Source of the DNA: a virus
Taxonomy: Duplodnaviria; Caudoviricetes
Virus record (IMG/VR): IMGVR_UViG_3300030372_003828
Location: 1 to 30,733 of that record
DNA: 30,733 bases
Strand: one strand, 5' to 3'
Part shown: positions 17,773-25,832 of the stretch, one piece after another
Numbering within the stretch: position 1 is the first letter of the stretch
Layout: each line of letters opens with the position of its first letter
Notes under the pieces: generated by a model
Told to the model about the DNA's origin: nothing
The model's input: the letters and a program-made list of their open reading frames with translations, nothing else
Database searches by the model: none
Translations under genes and position numbers: made by a program

Positions 17773-17802
17773 AAAAAGGGGTTTTTCGGAATCCCTTTTT
17801 TT
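17773..17802 (+). terminator. Intrinsic terminator
   Basis: AAAAAGGGGTTT-TTCG-GAATCCCTTTTTTT. Confidence 0.85.
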
Positions 17803-17821
17803 GTGACAAAAAAGTAAATTT

Positions 17822-17836
17822 ACGTTCATGTAATAT
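17822..17836 (+). promoter_or_regulatory. Putative late promoter motif, copy 4
   Basis: ACGTTCATGTAATAT overlapping the ATG at 17835, just after a terminator. Confidence 0.8.
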
Positions 17837-18188
17837 GATAATACTAAAAGTAGATACGAACCCCCAAAGTTTTAAATTTATTCCAAGATCTAAAACGTAT
17901 GACGGTTTATTCATTAAAGATGAAAGCACCAATGTTGAAACGCAAATTGTTATTGGTTCTTCTGCAACTAATGATTATTATGATACGATTACGGCAACTT
18001 TTCATACAACCTCACCAGCTTTTACATTAGTAGAGAATAGATTCTATAAACTACTAATTAAAAATGGTACTGACATTGTTTATTATGATCGTATTTTTGT
18101 AACAAATCAAAATGTTACTACCTTTAGCGTAAACAATAACGTTTACAACGAACAAACATCAACTAATGAATTTATAATTTATGAATAA
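17835..18188 (+). CDS. Structural protein, possibly head closure
   Basis: 117-aa beta-rich protein directly before the portal gene. Confidence 0.5.
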   Translation: MIILKVDTNPQSFKFIPRSKTYDGLFIKDESTNVETQIVIGSSATNDYYDTITATFHTTSPAFTLVENRFYKLLIKNGTDIVYYDRIFVTNQNVTTFSVNNNVYNEQTSTNEFIIYE

Positions 18189-19965
18189 TAGTAATTTACA
18201 CGTATTAAATTTAGCTGCATACGAATCACCTGAAATTGTAGAAAGTTCAAGACAAGATTGGGTTTTATACGGTGACAATAATGATTATTTTAATTTTCTT
18301 ATAAATAATTACAAAAACAGTACAACTAACAATGCAGTAATCAACAATATTTGCAAATTAGTTTACGGTAAAGGAATTTCTGCAACTGATTCAAATAAGA
18401 AGCCAAATGAATATGCACAAGCAATTATGCTTTTTGATCCAGAAGATCTAAAAAAAATAATTTTAGATTATAAGATGCTTGGTCAATCGGCTATTCAAAT
18501 ACATTATAGCAGAGACCATAAAAAAATAATTAAGGTATATCACATACCAACACAACTTTTAGCCCCTGAAAAGTGCAATAAAAACGGAGAAATTGAAGCT
18601 TTTTATTACAGTGATAATTGGGAAGAAGTGAAAAAATTTCCACCTAAAAGAATTCCGGCTTTTGGATTTAGTAGAGAATCAGTTGAGATAATGTACATAA
18701 AAAATTATACACCAGGAATGAAGTATTTTGGTTGTGTAGATTATCAAGGTGGTATTCCTTATTGCACCCTTGAAGAAGAAATCAGTTCTTATTTAATTAA
18801 TGATGTACAGAATTCCTTCTCAAGTACTAAGGTGGTCAATTTTAACAATGGTATTCCAACGGAAGAACAACAATCAATTATTAGTTCTAAGGTAATGAAC
18901 AAATTAACTGGCTCAAATGGTCAGAAAGTGATCGTTAGTTTTAATGCTGATGAGCAATCAAAAACTACAATTGATGATATTCAATTGAATAATGCACCAG
19001 AACATTACCAATATTTAGCAGATGAATGTTTAAGGAAAATTCTTGTTTCTCACAATGTAACAAGCCCATTACTTTTCGGAATTGCAAACAAAAATGGTTT
19101 TTCAAGTAATGCAGATGAACTTGAGAATTCAAGCGTACTTTTTGACAATATGGTAATAAAACCAATGCAACAAATTATAATTGATGCGCTTGATAAAATA
19201 CTTGCTTTTAATGGTGTGTCTTTAAAGCTTTATTTTAGGACTTTACAACCTTTGGAGTTTAAAGATCTTGAAGGTGTAAAAGATGAAGAAGTCATTGAAG
19301 AAGAAACAGGAATAAAACAAAATTTACACAAAGATGAAGTTTTGACAGATGAGCAAAAAGAATTTGTACTTGACAATCTTGAAGGTGAAATAATTGACAC
19401 TGAAGAATGGGAACTTGTAGATGCAAGAAAAGTTGATGAAGAAAACGAGAGTATTGAAGATTGGGCGAATAAATTAATCAAAGTAAAAAAATCTGCATTA
19501 ACAAAATTAGCTAATTTTATTAAAAGTTATCCAAACAGAAAATCTTCTTTAGACAAAGACATTTATAAAGTCAGATATTCTTATGAAAGAATTGCAAAAT
19601 CTATGAAAAAAGGAAGCAAAAGCAGGGATTTTTGCAAAAGAATGGAACAAAGAACGGCAAGGGGTGTAGTTTATAGAAAAGAAGATATTGATATGGCAAG
19701 TTTTCAAGGGGTTAATAATTCTTTTGGTCATAAAGGTCAAAACTACTCAATTTTCCGATTTAAAGGAGGCCCGAACTGTTACCATTTTTGGCAAGAAAAT
19801 CTTTACAGACTTAAAAAGAAAACAGACGGCAATTACTATAAGGACAAAAGTTTAAGCAGTTCTGAAGAAGTGAATTCTGTTCCATATTCTGTAAATCCTT
19901 CAGGAAACAAAGATTCAAAAATTGCGCCTATAAATAGAGATGATAAAGGTTATTACGATAAATAA
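18181..19965 (+). CDS. Portal protein with C-terminal extension
   Basis: WVLYGDNNDY, STTNNAVIN, GSNGQKVIVSF and ILVSHNVTSPLLFGI motifs; C-terminal SRDFC...FKGGPNCYHFW domain. Confidence 0.8.
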   Translation: MNNSNLHVLNLAAYESPEIVESSRQDWVLYGDNNDYFNFLINNYKNSTTNNAVINNICKLVYGKGISATDSNKKPNEYAQAIMLFDPEDLKKIILDYKMLGQSAIQIHYSRDHKKIIKVYHIPTQLLAPEKCNKNGEIEAFYYSDNWEEVKKFPPKRIPAFGFSRESVEIMYIKNYTPGMKYFGCVDYQGGIPYCTLEEEISSYLINDVQNSFSSTKVVNFNNGIPTEEQQSIISSKVMNKLTGSNGQKVIVSFNADEQSKTTIDDIQLNNAPEHYQYLADECLRKILVSHNVTSPLLFGIANKNGFSSNADELENSSVLFDNMVIKPMQQIIIDALDKILAFNGVSLKLYFRTLQPLEFKDLEGVKDEEVIEEETGIKQNLHKDEVLTDEQKEFVLDNLEGEIIDTEEWELVDARKVDEENESIEDWANKLIKVKKSALTKLANFIKSYPNRKSSLDKDIYKVRYSYERIAKSMKKGSKSRDFCKRMEQRTARGVVYRKEDIDMASFQGVNNSFGHKGQNYSIFRFKGGPNCYHFWQENLYRLKKKTDGNYYKDKSLSSSEEVNSVPYSVNPSGNKDSKIAPINRDDKGYYDK

Positions 19966-19982
19966 AAAAAGAATTAAATAAA

Positions 19983-20483
19983 ATGGCAGAAGCGTTATTA
20001 ATTTCAAGGGCAGACATAGTTAAATTTACTTCAATGAATGGAAATGTTGATACAGATAAGTTCATTATGTACATAAAGATTGCCCAGGACACCCATATAC
20101 AGAACTATCTTGGAACAGATCTATTACAAAAAATACAAGCAGACATTATTGCTGGTAGTTTAGGTGGTAATTATTTAACATTATTAACTACTTATGTTAA
20201 ACCTATGCTAATTCATTTTGCAATGGTTGAATACTTGCATTTTGCAAGTTTTACGATTAGTAATAAAGGGGTTTATAAACATAGTTCTGAAAACAGTGAA
20301 AACGCATCAAGTGAAGATATTAAAGATCTTGTAGCAAGTGAGCAAAGAATAGCAGATCATTACGCACAAAGGTTTGTTGATTATATTTGCAATAATTCTA
20401 ATTTATTCCCTGAGTACAATTCTAATAGTGGTGATGATATGTACCCAAGTACAGACGTAAATTACACTAATTGGTATATATGA
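19983..20483 (+). CDS. Putative head-tail adaptor (DUF6712-like)
   Basis: NGNVDTDK..YIKIAQDTHIQNYLGTDL and YVKPMLIH motifs; helical; follows the portal gene. Confidence 0.65.
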   Translation: MAEALLISRADIVKFTSMNGNVDTDKFIMYIKIAQDTHIQNYLGTDLLQKIQADIIAGSLGGNYLTLLTTYVKPMLIHFAMVEYLHFASFTISNKGVYKHSSENSENASSEDIKDLVASEQRIADHYAQRFVDYICNNSNLFPEYNSNSGDDMYPSTDVNYTNWYI

Positions 20484-20584
20484 AAAAAATAGTTACAAGG
20501 AAACCAAAAGAACAGAATATTATTAAATTAAAAAAATATTTAAAAAAGCATGGCAGAAGTAAAAATATCAGAATTAACAAATAA
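20480..20584 (+). CDS. Small basic peptide (34 aa, not in the ORF track)
   Basis: ATGA overlap; MKKIVTRKPKEQNIIKLKKYLKKHGRSKNIRINK. Confidence 0.45.
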   Translation: MKKIVTRKPKEQNIIKLKKYLKKHGRSKNIRINK

Positions 20585-20990
20585 AGGTACTTTTTTAGAA
20601 GATACCGATTTATTTATTATATCTAAAAGTGATGGATCAGGTGGCTATGATACTAAATATCTAACAGGTACAGAATTAAGACAATTAGAACTTAATAAAG
20701 AAGGAACAAGCTATACTTTAGTTTTAGCAGATTTAAACAGACTTGTAGAAATGGAAGACGGTAGTGCAAATAATTTAACTATTCCACCAAACAGTTCTGT
20801 AGCTTTTCCTATAGGTGGTATAATATATATTAGCCAATTGGGTGCTGGTCAAACTACGGTTGTTCCTGGTAGTGGTGTTACATTACGTTCTGCTGGTGGC
20901 AAAACAAAACTTTCTGTTCAATATTCAATGGGAAGATTAATTAAAAGAGGTACTGATGAATGGTATCTTAGTGGAGATATAACAACTTAA
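20550..20990 (+). CDS. Tail fibre-associated protein
   Basis: VKISEL N-terminus; SYTLVLAD...LTIPPNSSVAFPIG...QLGAGQTT...LIKRGTDEWYLSGD fibre-type domain. Confidence 0.65.
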   Translation: MAEVKISELTNKGTFLEDTDLFIISKSDGSGGYDTKYLTGTELRQLELNKEGTSYTLVLADLNRLVEMEDGSANNLTIPPNSSVAFPIGGIIYISQLGAGQTTVVPGSGVTLRSAGGKTKLSVQYSMGRLIKRGTDEWYLSGDITT

Positions 20991-21000
20991 AAAATAAATT

Positions 21001-21825
21001 ATGTCAGATTGGGGACAAGGTGTTGTAAATAACACAATAGAATGGGGAAGGGGTTCAACTAATAATTCAATTGGTTGGGGATCGGTTTATGCAGATTCTC
21101 CAAGTGGTGATACTGCTTTGGAAAATGCTGGTTTTACTAATACTTATTCAATGAGTTTTGACGGTGTAAGTACTTATGTAGATTGTGGTGTATTATCTTC
21201 TTTAAATAGCTTAACAGAAGCAAGTATTTCTTTATGGGTTTATTTAGATGATAGTGCTGCAAATTATGTAGTTTCACAATGGGAAGGGGTTGGTGGAAGT
21301 GGAGATAATAGACAATTTGCATTATTAATTAAGCCTTCTGATAATAGAATTGATGTATATTTTGGCTCGAGTGTTACATATAGAAGTACGGCAATACCTT
21401 TAAATACAGGGCAATGGTATAATATCGTAGCTACATATAACGCAAGTAATTCTCCGAATGCTGAAAAAACATTAGTTTATGTAAATGGCACTAAATATAT
21501 CCAAACTGTTGGATATAATTCACCAAGCTCATTAAAATCTTCACCTTCTACAAGTTGGCAAATTGGTAAAAGGGGTGGATATTCTTATGAAGTAACTGAA
21601 GGGGAAATTGATGAAGTAGCAATATTTAATAAAGAACTTTCACAAAGTGAAGTAACGGCAATAGCAAGTGGACCAGCAGATTTAACTGGTCATAGTGGTA
21701 TTACTAATTGGTGGCGTATGGGTGATAATGATAGTATTTTAGGAACAACAATTACTGATGAAGTAGGAAGTAATAACGGAACTTTAATTAATACACCAAC
21801 TTTTAGTACAAATGTACCAACTTAA
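21001..21825 (+). CDS. LamG/concanavalin A-like virion protein (candidate glycan receptor binding)
   Basis: YSMSFDG, SISLWV, WYNIVATY, YVNG, GEIDEVAIFNKELS and WWRMGD motifs. Confidence 0.85.
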   Translation: MSDWGQGVVNNTIEWGRGSTNNSIGWGSVYADSPSGDTALENAGFTNTYSMSFDGVSTYVDCGVLSSLNSLTEASISLWVYLDDSAANYVVSQWEGVGGSGDNRQFALLIKPSDNRIDVYFGSSVTYRSTAIPLNTGQWYNIVATYNASNSPNAEKTLVYVNGTKYIQTVGYNSPSSLKSSPSTSWQIGKRGGYSYEVTEGEIDEVAIFNKELSQSEVTAIASGPADLTGHSGITNWWRMGDNDSILGTTITDEVGSNNGTLINTPTFSTNVPT

Positions 21826-21830
21826 TAATT

Positions 21831-22088
21831 ATGAAATATAATAATTTTACATACGCAATAATAAGCATTGATGATCTGCCAAAAGTAGATTTTCAACAAG
21901 TATTTCAAACAAGTAATGAAACTATAAGAAGATCATTAGATTTTACAAAATTTGTTTTAAGTTGGGAAAAAACACCAACTTTTATTGAAGATGAATTAAT
22001 TGTACCAATAGGAATTTATAATCATGAAGAAGTAGTTGAAATTATGAGAAGTGAAGAATGGACACCAAAAGAATTAAATGAAGAATAA
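21831..22088 (+). CDS. Hypothetical protein following the LamG gene (possible fibre chaperone)
   Basis: VDFQQVFQTSNETIRRSLD...EEWT; 85 aa. Confidence 0.65.
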   Translation: MKYNNFTYAIISIDDLPKVDFQQVFQTSNETIRRSLDFTKFVLSWEKTPTFIEDELIVPIGIYNHEEVVEIMRSEEWTPKELNEE

Positions 22089-22263
22089 AAACCATATATA
22101 TTTTTTTGGAATAATGGTATTTTGTAGTGCTATTTTGACTGGTACTTCATTAATTTTAAATAGCCCTTATTATAAAATGTTTGGTGGTGTTATGATTATT
22201 GGATATACAGTTTTACAAATGTTGGTAGGTATAGAAAGAAATGATGAAAGAGAAGATATTTAA
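22078..22263 (+). CDS. Two-helix membrane protein (holin candidate)
   Basis: Two hydrophobic helices and charged termini, upstream of the lysin candidate. Confidence 0.55.
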   Translation: MKNKNHIYFFGIMVFCSAILTGTSLILNSPYYKMFGGVMIIGYTVLQMLVGIERNDEREDI

Positions 22264-22489
22264 CATTAGTTTTAAACAGTTTTTAAAAACACCGTTTAGT
22301 GCTATTTTAATCGGTTCTATTGTTTTACTTTGTTGGTTAGGTAGATATTTACTAACTTCAAAGGAAAATGTAATTTTAGAGCAAAGAGAAAGGTTAAAAG
22401 ATTGTGATGAGGAAAGAAAGCATGATAAAATATTGATGCAAGATTTAGTTTTTGAAAAGAAAAGAAACCAAGAACTACAAGAAAAATAA
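22241..22489 (+). CDS. Membrane protein with coiled coil (lysis accessory candidate)
   Basis: One transmembrane segment (FSAILIGSIVLLCWLG) and a charged helical tail. Confidence 0.5.
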   Translation: MMKEKIFNISFKQFLKTPFSAILIGSIVLLCWLGRYLLTSKENVILEQRERLKDCDEERKHDKILMQDLVFEKKRNQELQEK

Positions 22490-22490
22490 A

Positions 22491-22757
22491 ATGGATAATA
22501 AGACAATCATAATAGTAGCTATAATAAGTGCAATTGGATCTTTTTTTGAACCAACTTTTGAACCAAAAAACCAAAAACAAAAAAAAGATAATGTAACGTG
22601 TGAAACAGAGCATTACATAGATTCTATTAGATTAGTCAACGATAGTCTGTTACACAGTCTTAAAATGCGAAATAAAGCACTTTTAGAAGATAATACCAAG
22701 TTAAAAAGAAAGCGTAAATATTATATAACAAAAAATGGTCAGAAAATACACCGATAA
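22491..22757 (+). CDS. Membrane-anchored coiled-coil protein (spanin-like candidate)
   Basis: ATG 22491 gives MDNKTIIIVAIISAIGSFF, followed by a coiled coil. Confidence 0.5.
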   Translation: MDNKTIIIVAIISAIGSFFEPTFEPKNQKQKKDNVTCETEHYIDSIRLVNDSLLHSLKMRNKALLEDNTKLKRKRKYYITKNGQKIHR

Positions 22758-23325
22758 AGAACTGTTAGATAAAGTACAAGAATTAAAAAGCTTTAAGGAA
22801 TTTCCAAAAGGTTATTGGATTCTTGCAGTTAGAAGCAAAGAAGATAAACCAAATAAATTTGATGATAAATTTTATATTTATAAAGGAGAAGAGTTTATTA
22901 AGGTAACTACAGGAACAACGAACCCAGGAACAAGCATTTTGAAAGGTGGTTTCAAGCGTTATAATAGGGTTGGTGCTGCCGTAGTTAAATCAAATGAATG
23001 GTATTATGACGTTTATAAATACGGTTTACATAGAGGGAAAATGCCATGTTTAAGACAACATAGTAGAAAAGAAATTTTATATTTCCGTGACGGTGATTTA
23101 GACGGTAAAAGTGAAGAACTTGGAAAAGTGCAAAGTGGTGTTATTTATACAAACTTTCATGGATCAACTTATAACAAAGGATCTTTATTGGAACGAGATA
23201 ATATCAATGGTTGGTCAGCTGGGTGTTTAGTATGTAATAAGAACCCTGATTACGAAGCAATAATAAAAATGTGTAAAGATAGTAAGCAAAAGTATTTTAC
23301 TCTTTGCTTAATAAAAGAATTTTAA
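22735..23325 (+). CDS. Putative endolysin with an L,D-transpeptidase-like His/Cys site
   Basis: NKFDD, TTNPG and TNFHG...GWSAGCLV motifs; sits among the membrane-protein genes. Confidence 0.65.
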   Translation: MVRKYTDKELLDKVQELKSFKEFPKGYWILAVRSKEDKPNKFDDKFYIYKGEEFIKVTTGTTNPGTSILKGGFKRYNRVGAAVVKSNEWYYDVYKYGLHRGKMPCLRQHSRKEILYFRDGDLDGKSEELGKVQSGVIYTNFHGSTYNKGSLLERDNINGWSAGCLVCNKNPDYEAIIKMCKDSKQKYFTLCLIKEF

Positions 23326-23336
23326 ATTTATAAATT

Positions 23337-23660
23337 ATGTTTAATATGAAAAATGCAATTAAGCCGATAGAGGTGAATGTAGATACAAAGAACTTTGATG
23401 TTCAATTTGTACGTGATAAGAAAAAAGGAAAAACGTATATAGAAATAGATACTGATTCTGTAGATATTGTTTACCAAAAAAATGGTGATGTAAAAATATT
23501 TAAGCTTGATACTGAAAGTGATATTTTAGACGTTGAAATAAGAACAGATAAAGACGGTACTAAAGTAGATGTAAAGTCAAAAGTTAATTGGATTGGCAAA
23601 GTTGTTAGTTGGTTCTTAACAAGAAAAGCAAGAAGATTAGCAAAAAAATCTAAAAAATGA
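23337..23660 (+). CDS. Hypothetical protein with beta-hairpin repeats
   Basis: Three xDTxxxDV/I units (VDTKNFDV, IDTDSVDI, LDTESDILDV) and an amphipathic basic C-terminus. Confidence 0.7.
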   Translation: MFNMKNAIKPIEVNVDTKNFDVQFVRDKKKGKTYIEIDTDSVDIVYQKNGDVKIFKLDTESDILDVEIRTDKDGTKVDVKSKVNWIGKVVSWFLTRKARRLAKKSKK

Positions 23661-24529
23661 AAGTAGAAAGAATTTCAAAAAACATTGCGAAATTTACTAC
23701 TTATAAAAAACATAATAAAATAGCAATTTTGAGTGATTTGCATTGGGACAACCCTCATTGCAATAGAGATCTTTTGAAAGCACATTTAGATTATTGTTTA
23801 AAGGAAGAAATACCTGTTTTTATTAATGGTGACTTCTTCTGCCTTATGCAAGGTAAAGGAGACAGAAGGGGGAATAAAAGTGATGTAAGACCGGAACACG
23901 CTTTTAATAATTATTTTGATAGTATTGTAAAAACTGCCGTTGAATGGTTTACACCGTATGCAAATATTATTAAATTAATTGGGTATGGCAACCACGAAAC
24001 CTCTGTGCTTAAACACCAAGAGACAGACATCATTTCCAGGTTTGTTGATCTTCTAAATTACAAATGCAATTCAAATATTTTAACAGGTGGTTACGGTGGT
24101 TGGATATGGTTAAATTATCAAAACAGTAATATGGTTAAAAGCTTGAAAATTAAGTATTTTCATGGTGCTGGTGGTGGTGGTGCAATCACAAAAGGAGCAA
24201 TAAATTTAAGTCGTGCTTTATCCATGTACGAAGCAGATGTATATACAATGGGGCATATACACGAAAATTCAGCTAGAACAGACGCAAAAGAAATTATGTA
24301 TTTAAAAAAAGGCATTTGCGAAGTTAGGCACAAATATATTCATAACATGATAACTGGAACTTATAAAGATGAATATGCAGACGGCTCAAACGGTTTTCAT
24401 ATAGAGAAAGGAAGACCAATTAAGGTTTTAGGTGGACGAATTTTAACACTCGATTTTGATCGTAATCGGATCAATGGTGTAAGAAGCTTAAAATGTGCCG
24501 TTGATAGCAGACAATTTCCAATTATTTAG
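23657..24529 (+). CDS. Calcineurin-like metallophosphoesterase
   Basis: SDLH, NGD, GNHE, FHG and GHIH motifs. Confidence 0.9.
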   Translation: MKVERISKNIAKFTTYKKHNKIAILSDLHWDNPHCNRDLLKAHLDYCLKEEIPVFINGDFFCLMQGKGDRRGNKSDVRPEHAFNNYFDSIVKTAVEWFTPYANIIKLIGYGNHETSVLKHQETDIISRFVDLLNYKCNSNILTGGYGGWIWLNYQNSNMVKSLKIKYFHGAGGGGAITKGAINLSRALSMYEADVYTMGHIHENSARTDAKEIMYLKKGICEVRHKYIHNMITGTYKDEYADGSNGFHIEKGRPIKVLGGRILTLDFDRNRINGVRSLKCAVDSRQFPII

Positions 24530-24537
24530 TATATTTG
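24530..24537 (+). promoter_or_regulatory. Bacteroidota -7 promoter box (TATATTTG)
   Basis: Exact TAnnTTTG match about 38 nt upstream of a terminator stem. Confidence 0.5.
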
Positions 24538-24540
24538 TTA

Positions 24541-24603
24541 GCGTTTTTAAAAATCTAACGTGTTATGTTGTGTTAAAACCCTTACAATTGTAGGGGTTTT
24601 TTT
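24541..24603 (+). ncRNA. Candidate ~62-nt small RNA 2
   Basis: Bounded by a -7 box and a terminator; GU-rich core complementary to several start regions. Confidence 0.35.
24575..24603 (+). terminator. Intrinsic terminator ending the late region
   Basis: AAAACCCTTAC-AATT-GTAGGGGTTTTTTT. Confidence 0.85.
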
Positions 24604-24685
24604 GTTTCTATAAAAAAATATGTTCAAAAATGTTGATAAATTGAAACTTTTTTTGTTTCTTGTGCGTTATTAATACAAAAACGAT

Positions 24686-24928
24686 ATGAAAATAGAAATA
24701 AAAAAAATAATAAACTTTGGTGAAGTTACTGAAGAATTAATATGGGAAGGAACAGAAGATGAAATCTTTTATAAATTTTATAAAGAAAATAATCGTTTAA
24801 GATATTGTAATGGTGATTCTTTTAAGTTTAAATGGATAATGTATAAAAAAAGATATGATCTTTGGTTTGATTCTTTAACAAAAGAAAAAAGATTCGATAT
24901 GTACTACGGTAATGGAACAGTCGATTAA
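24686..24928 (+). CDS. Early hypothetical protein
   Basis: 80-aa ORF with an A-rich start, first gene after the late terminator. Confidence 0.7.
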   Translation: MKIEIKKIINFGEVTEELIWEGTEDEIFYKFYKENNRLRYCNGDSFKFKWIMYKKRYDLWFDSLTKEKRFDMYYGNGTVD

Positions 24929-24979
24929 TACAAATAATTTATAACCAGGAAGTTCAATCTTCCACAAAACACAACAAAA

Positions 24980-25258
24980 ATGCAAAAAATAAAAATTAAC
25001 AACATGACTTCAAACAGTGGTAACCAAGTGGCAAACCAATTTGAAATTCAAACAGATGAAGGTTTCTACTTTCAGAGCTATGATTCAATTATAGTATTTA
25101 TTCCAAACGATTCAGATGAAAAAACAGTTTTAGATATAAATACTTGGGATTATTCAAGAACTACTGGTAAATATAGAAATATATTTCTTGGTGAATCAAA
25201 ACAAGAAACCGAAAAGAAGATAAAAGAAGGTATTTATATTTTAAAAGATTTAAACTAA
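24980..25258 (+). CDS. Early phage protein
   Basis: NQF, FQSYDSII and WDYSRTTGKYRNIFL motifs, of a type often seen in phage early regions. Confidence 0.75.
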   Translation: MQKIKINNMTSNSGNQVANQFEIQTDEGFYFQSYDSIIVFIPNDSDEKTVLDINTWDYSRTTGKYRNIFLGESKQETEKKIKEGIYILKDLN

Positions 25259-25262
25259 TATT

Positions 25263-25496
25263 ATGTATAAACTAATTTGGAAAAAAGAAGTTATTGATGA
25301 AGTCGATAACAAAAAAGAAGCAGATATGCTTATGCAAGAATACAACCTTGCTTATAAAGGTGGTGTAACAATGAGATACACCGAACCAGTAGAAAAAAAT
25401 ACTTGCAGAAACTGTAATGAAGAAATAGATCTTGATTTAAACGGTTGGTTTTGTAGCAAAAGTTGTTACAATGATTATGCAAATGATATGTTTTAA
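25263..25496 (+). CDS. Early protein with a C-terminal Zn-finger-like motif
   Basis: CRNC...FCSKSC. Confidence 0.7.
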   Translation: MYKLIWKKEVIDEVDNKKEADMLMQEYNLAYKGGVTMRYTEPVEKNTCRNCNEEIDLDLNGWFCSKSCYNDYANDMF

Positions 25497-25506
25497 AAAA
25501 TACACT

Positions 25507-25641
25507 ATGAAAAATTATATAAGATTTATTGAAGAATTAAAGAATTTATATGTTTATAAGTTCTATTGGGAACGTGAACACAGAGGTACGTTCAATCAAA
25601 AACTATATTTAGAATACTTAAAAGCAAAACAAAATGACTAA
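25507..25641 (+). CDS. Small hypothetical protein (44 aa, not in the ORF track)
   Basis: MKNYIRFIEELKNLYVYKFYWEREHRGTFNQKLYLEYLKAKQND fills the gap. Confidence 0.6.
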   Translation: MKNYIRFIEELKNLYVYKFYWEREHRGTFNQKLYLEYLKAKQND

Positions 25642-25819
25642 AGAAGAAATTTTACAACAATTAAAATACATATTAAATAATATGGAAGTTACCAGCTTAG
25701 AAATAAGCAAAATTGAAAGTGATGATATTTATGACTTTATTGAAAAGAGTGGTAAATATCAAGTTAGCCATGATTTTACAAAATGGAGAATAAAAGAATT
25801 AATAAAATATATTGATTAA
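25634..25819 (+). CDS. Early hypothetical protein
   Basis: 61-aa ORF in the operon. Confidence 0.65.
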   Translation: MTKEEILQQLKYILNNMEVTSLEISKIESDDIYDFIEKSGKYQVSHDFTKWRIKELIKYID

Positions 25820-25832
25820 TAAAAAAGCAAAT

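Noticed and set aside
21001-21110. NNxIxWG repeats as a DNA repeat or CRISPR-like array
   Set aside because: Protein-level repeats with degenerate codons, and no constant repeat-spacer structure.
24948-24963. Hairpin GGAAG-TTCAAT-CTTCC as a tRNA T-arm or tRNA gene
   Set aside because: The loop is 6 nt and there is no cloverleaf around it. At most a small mRNA processing or stability hairpin.
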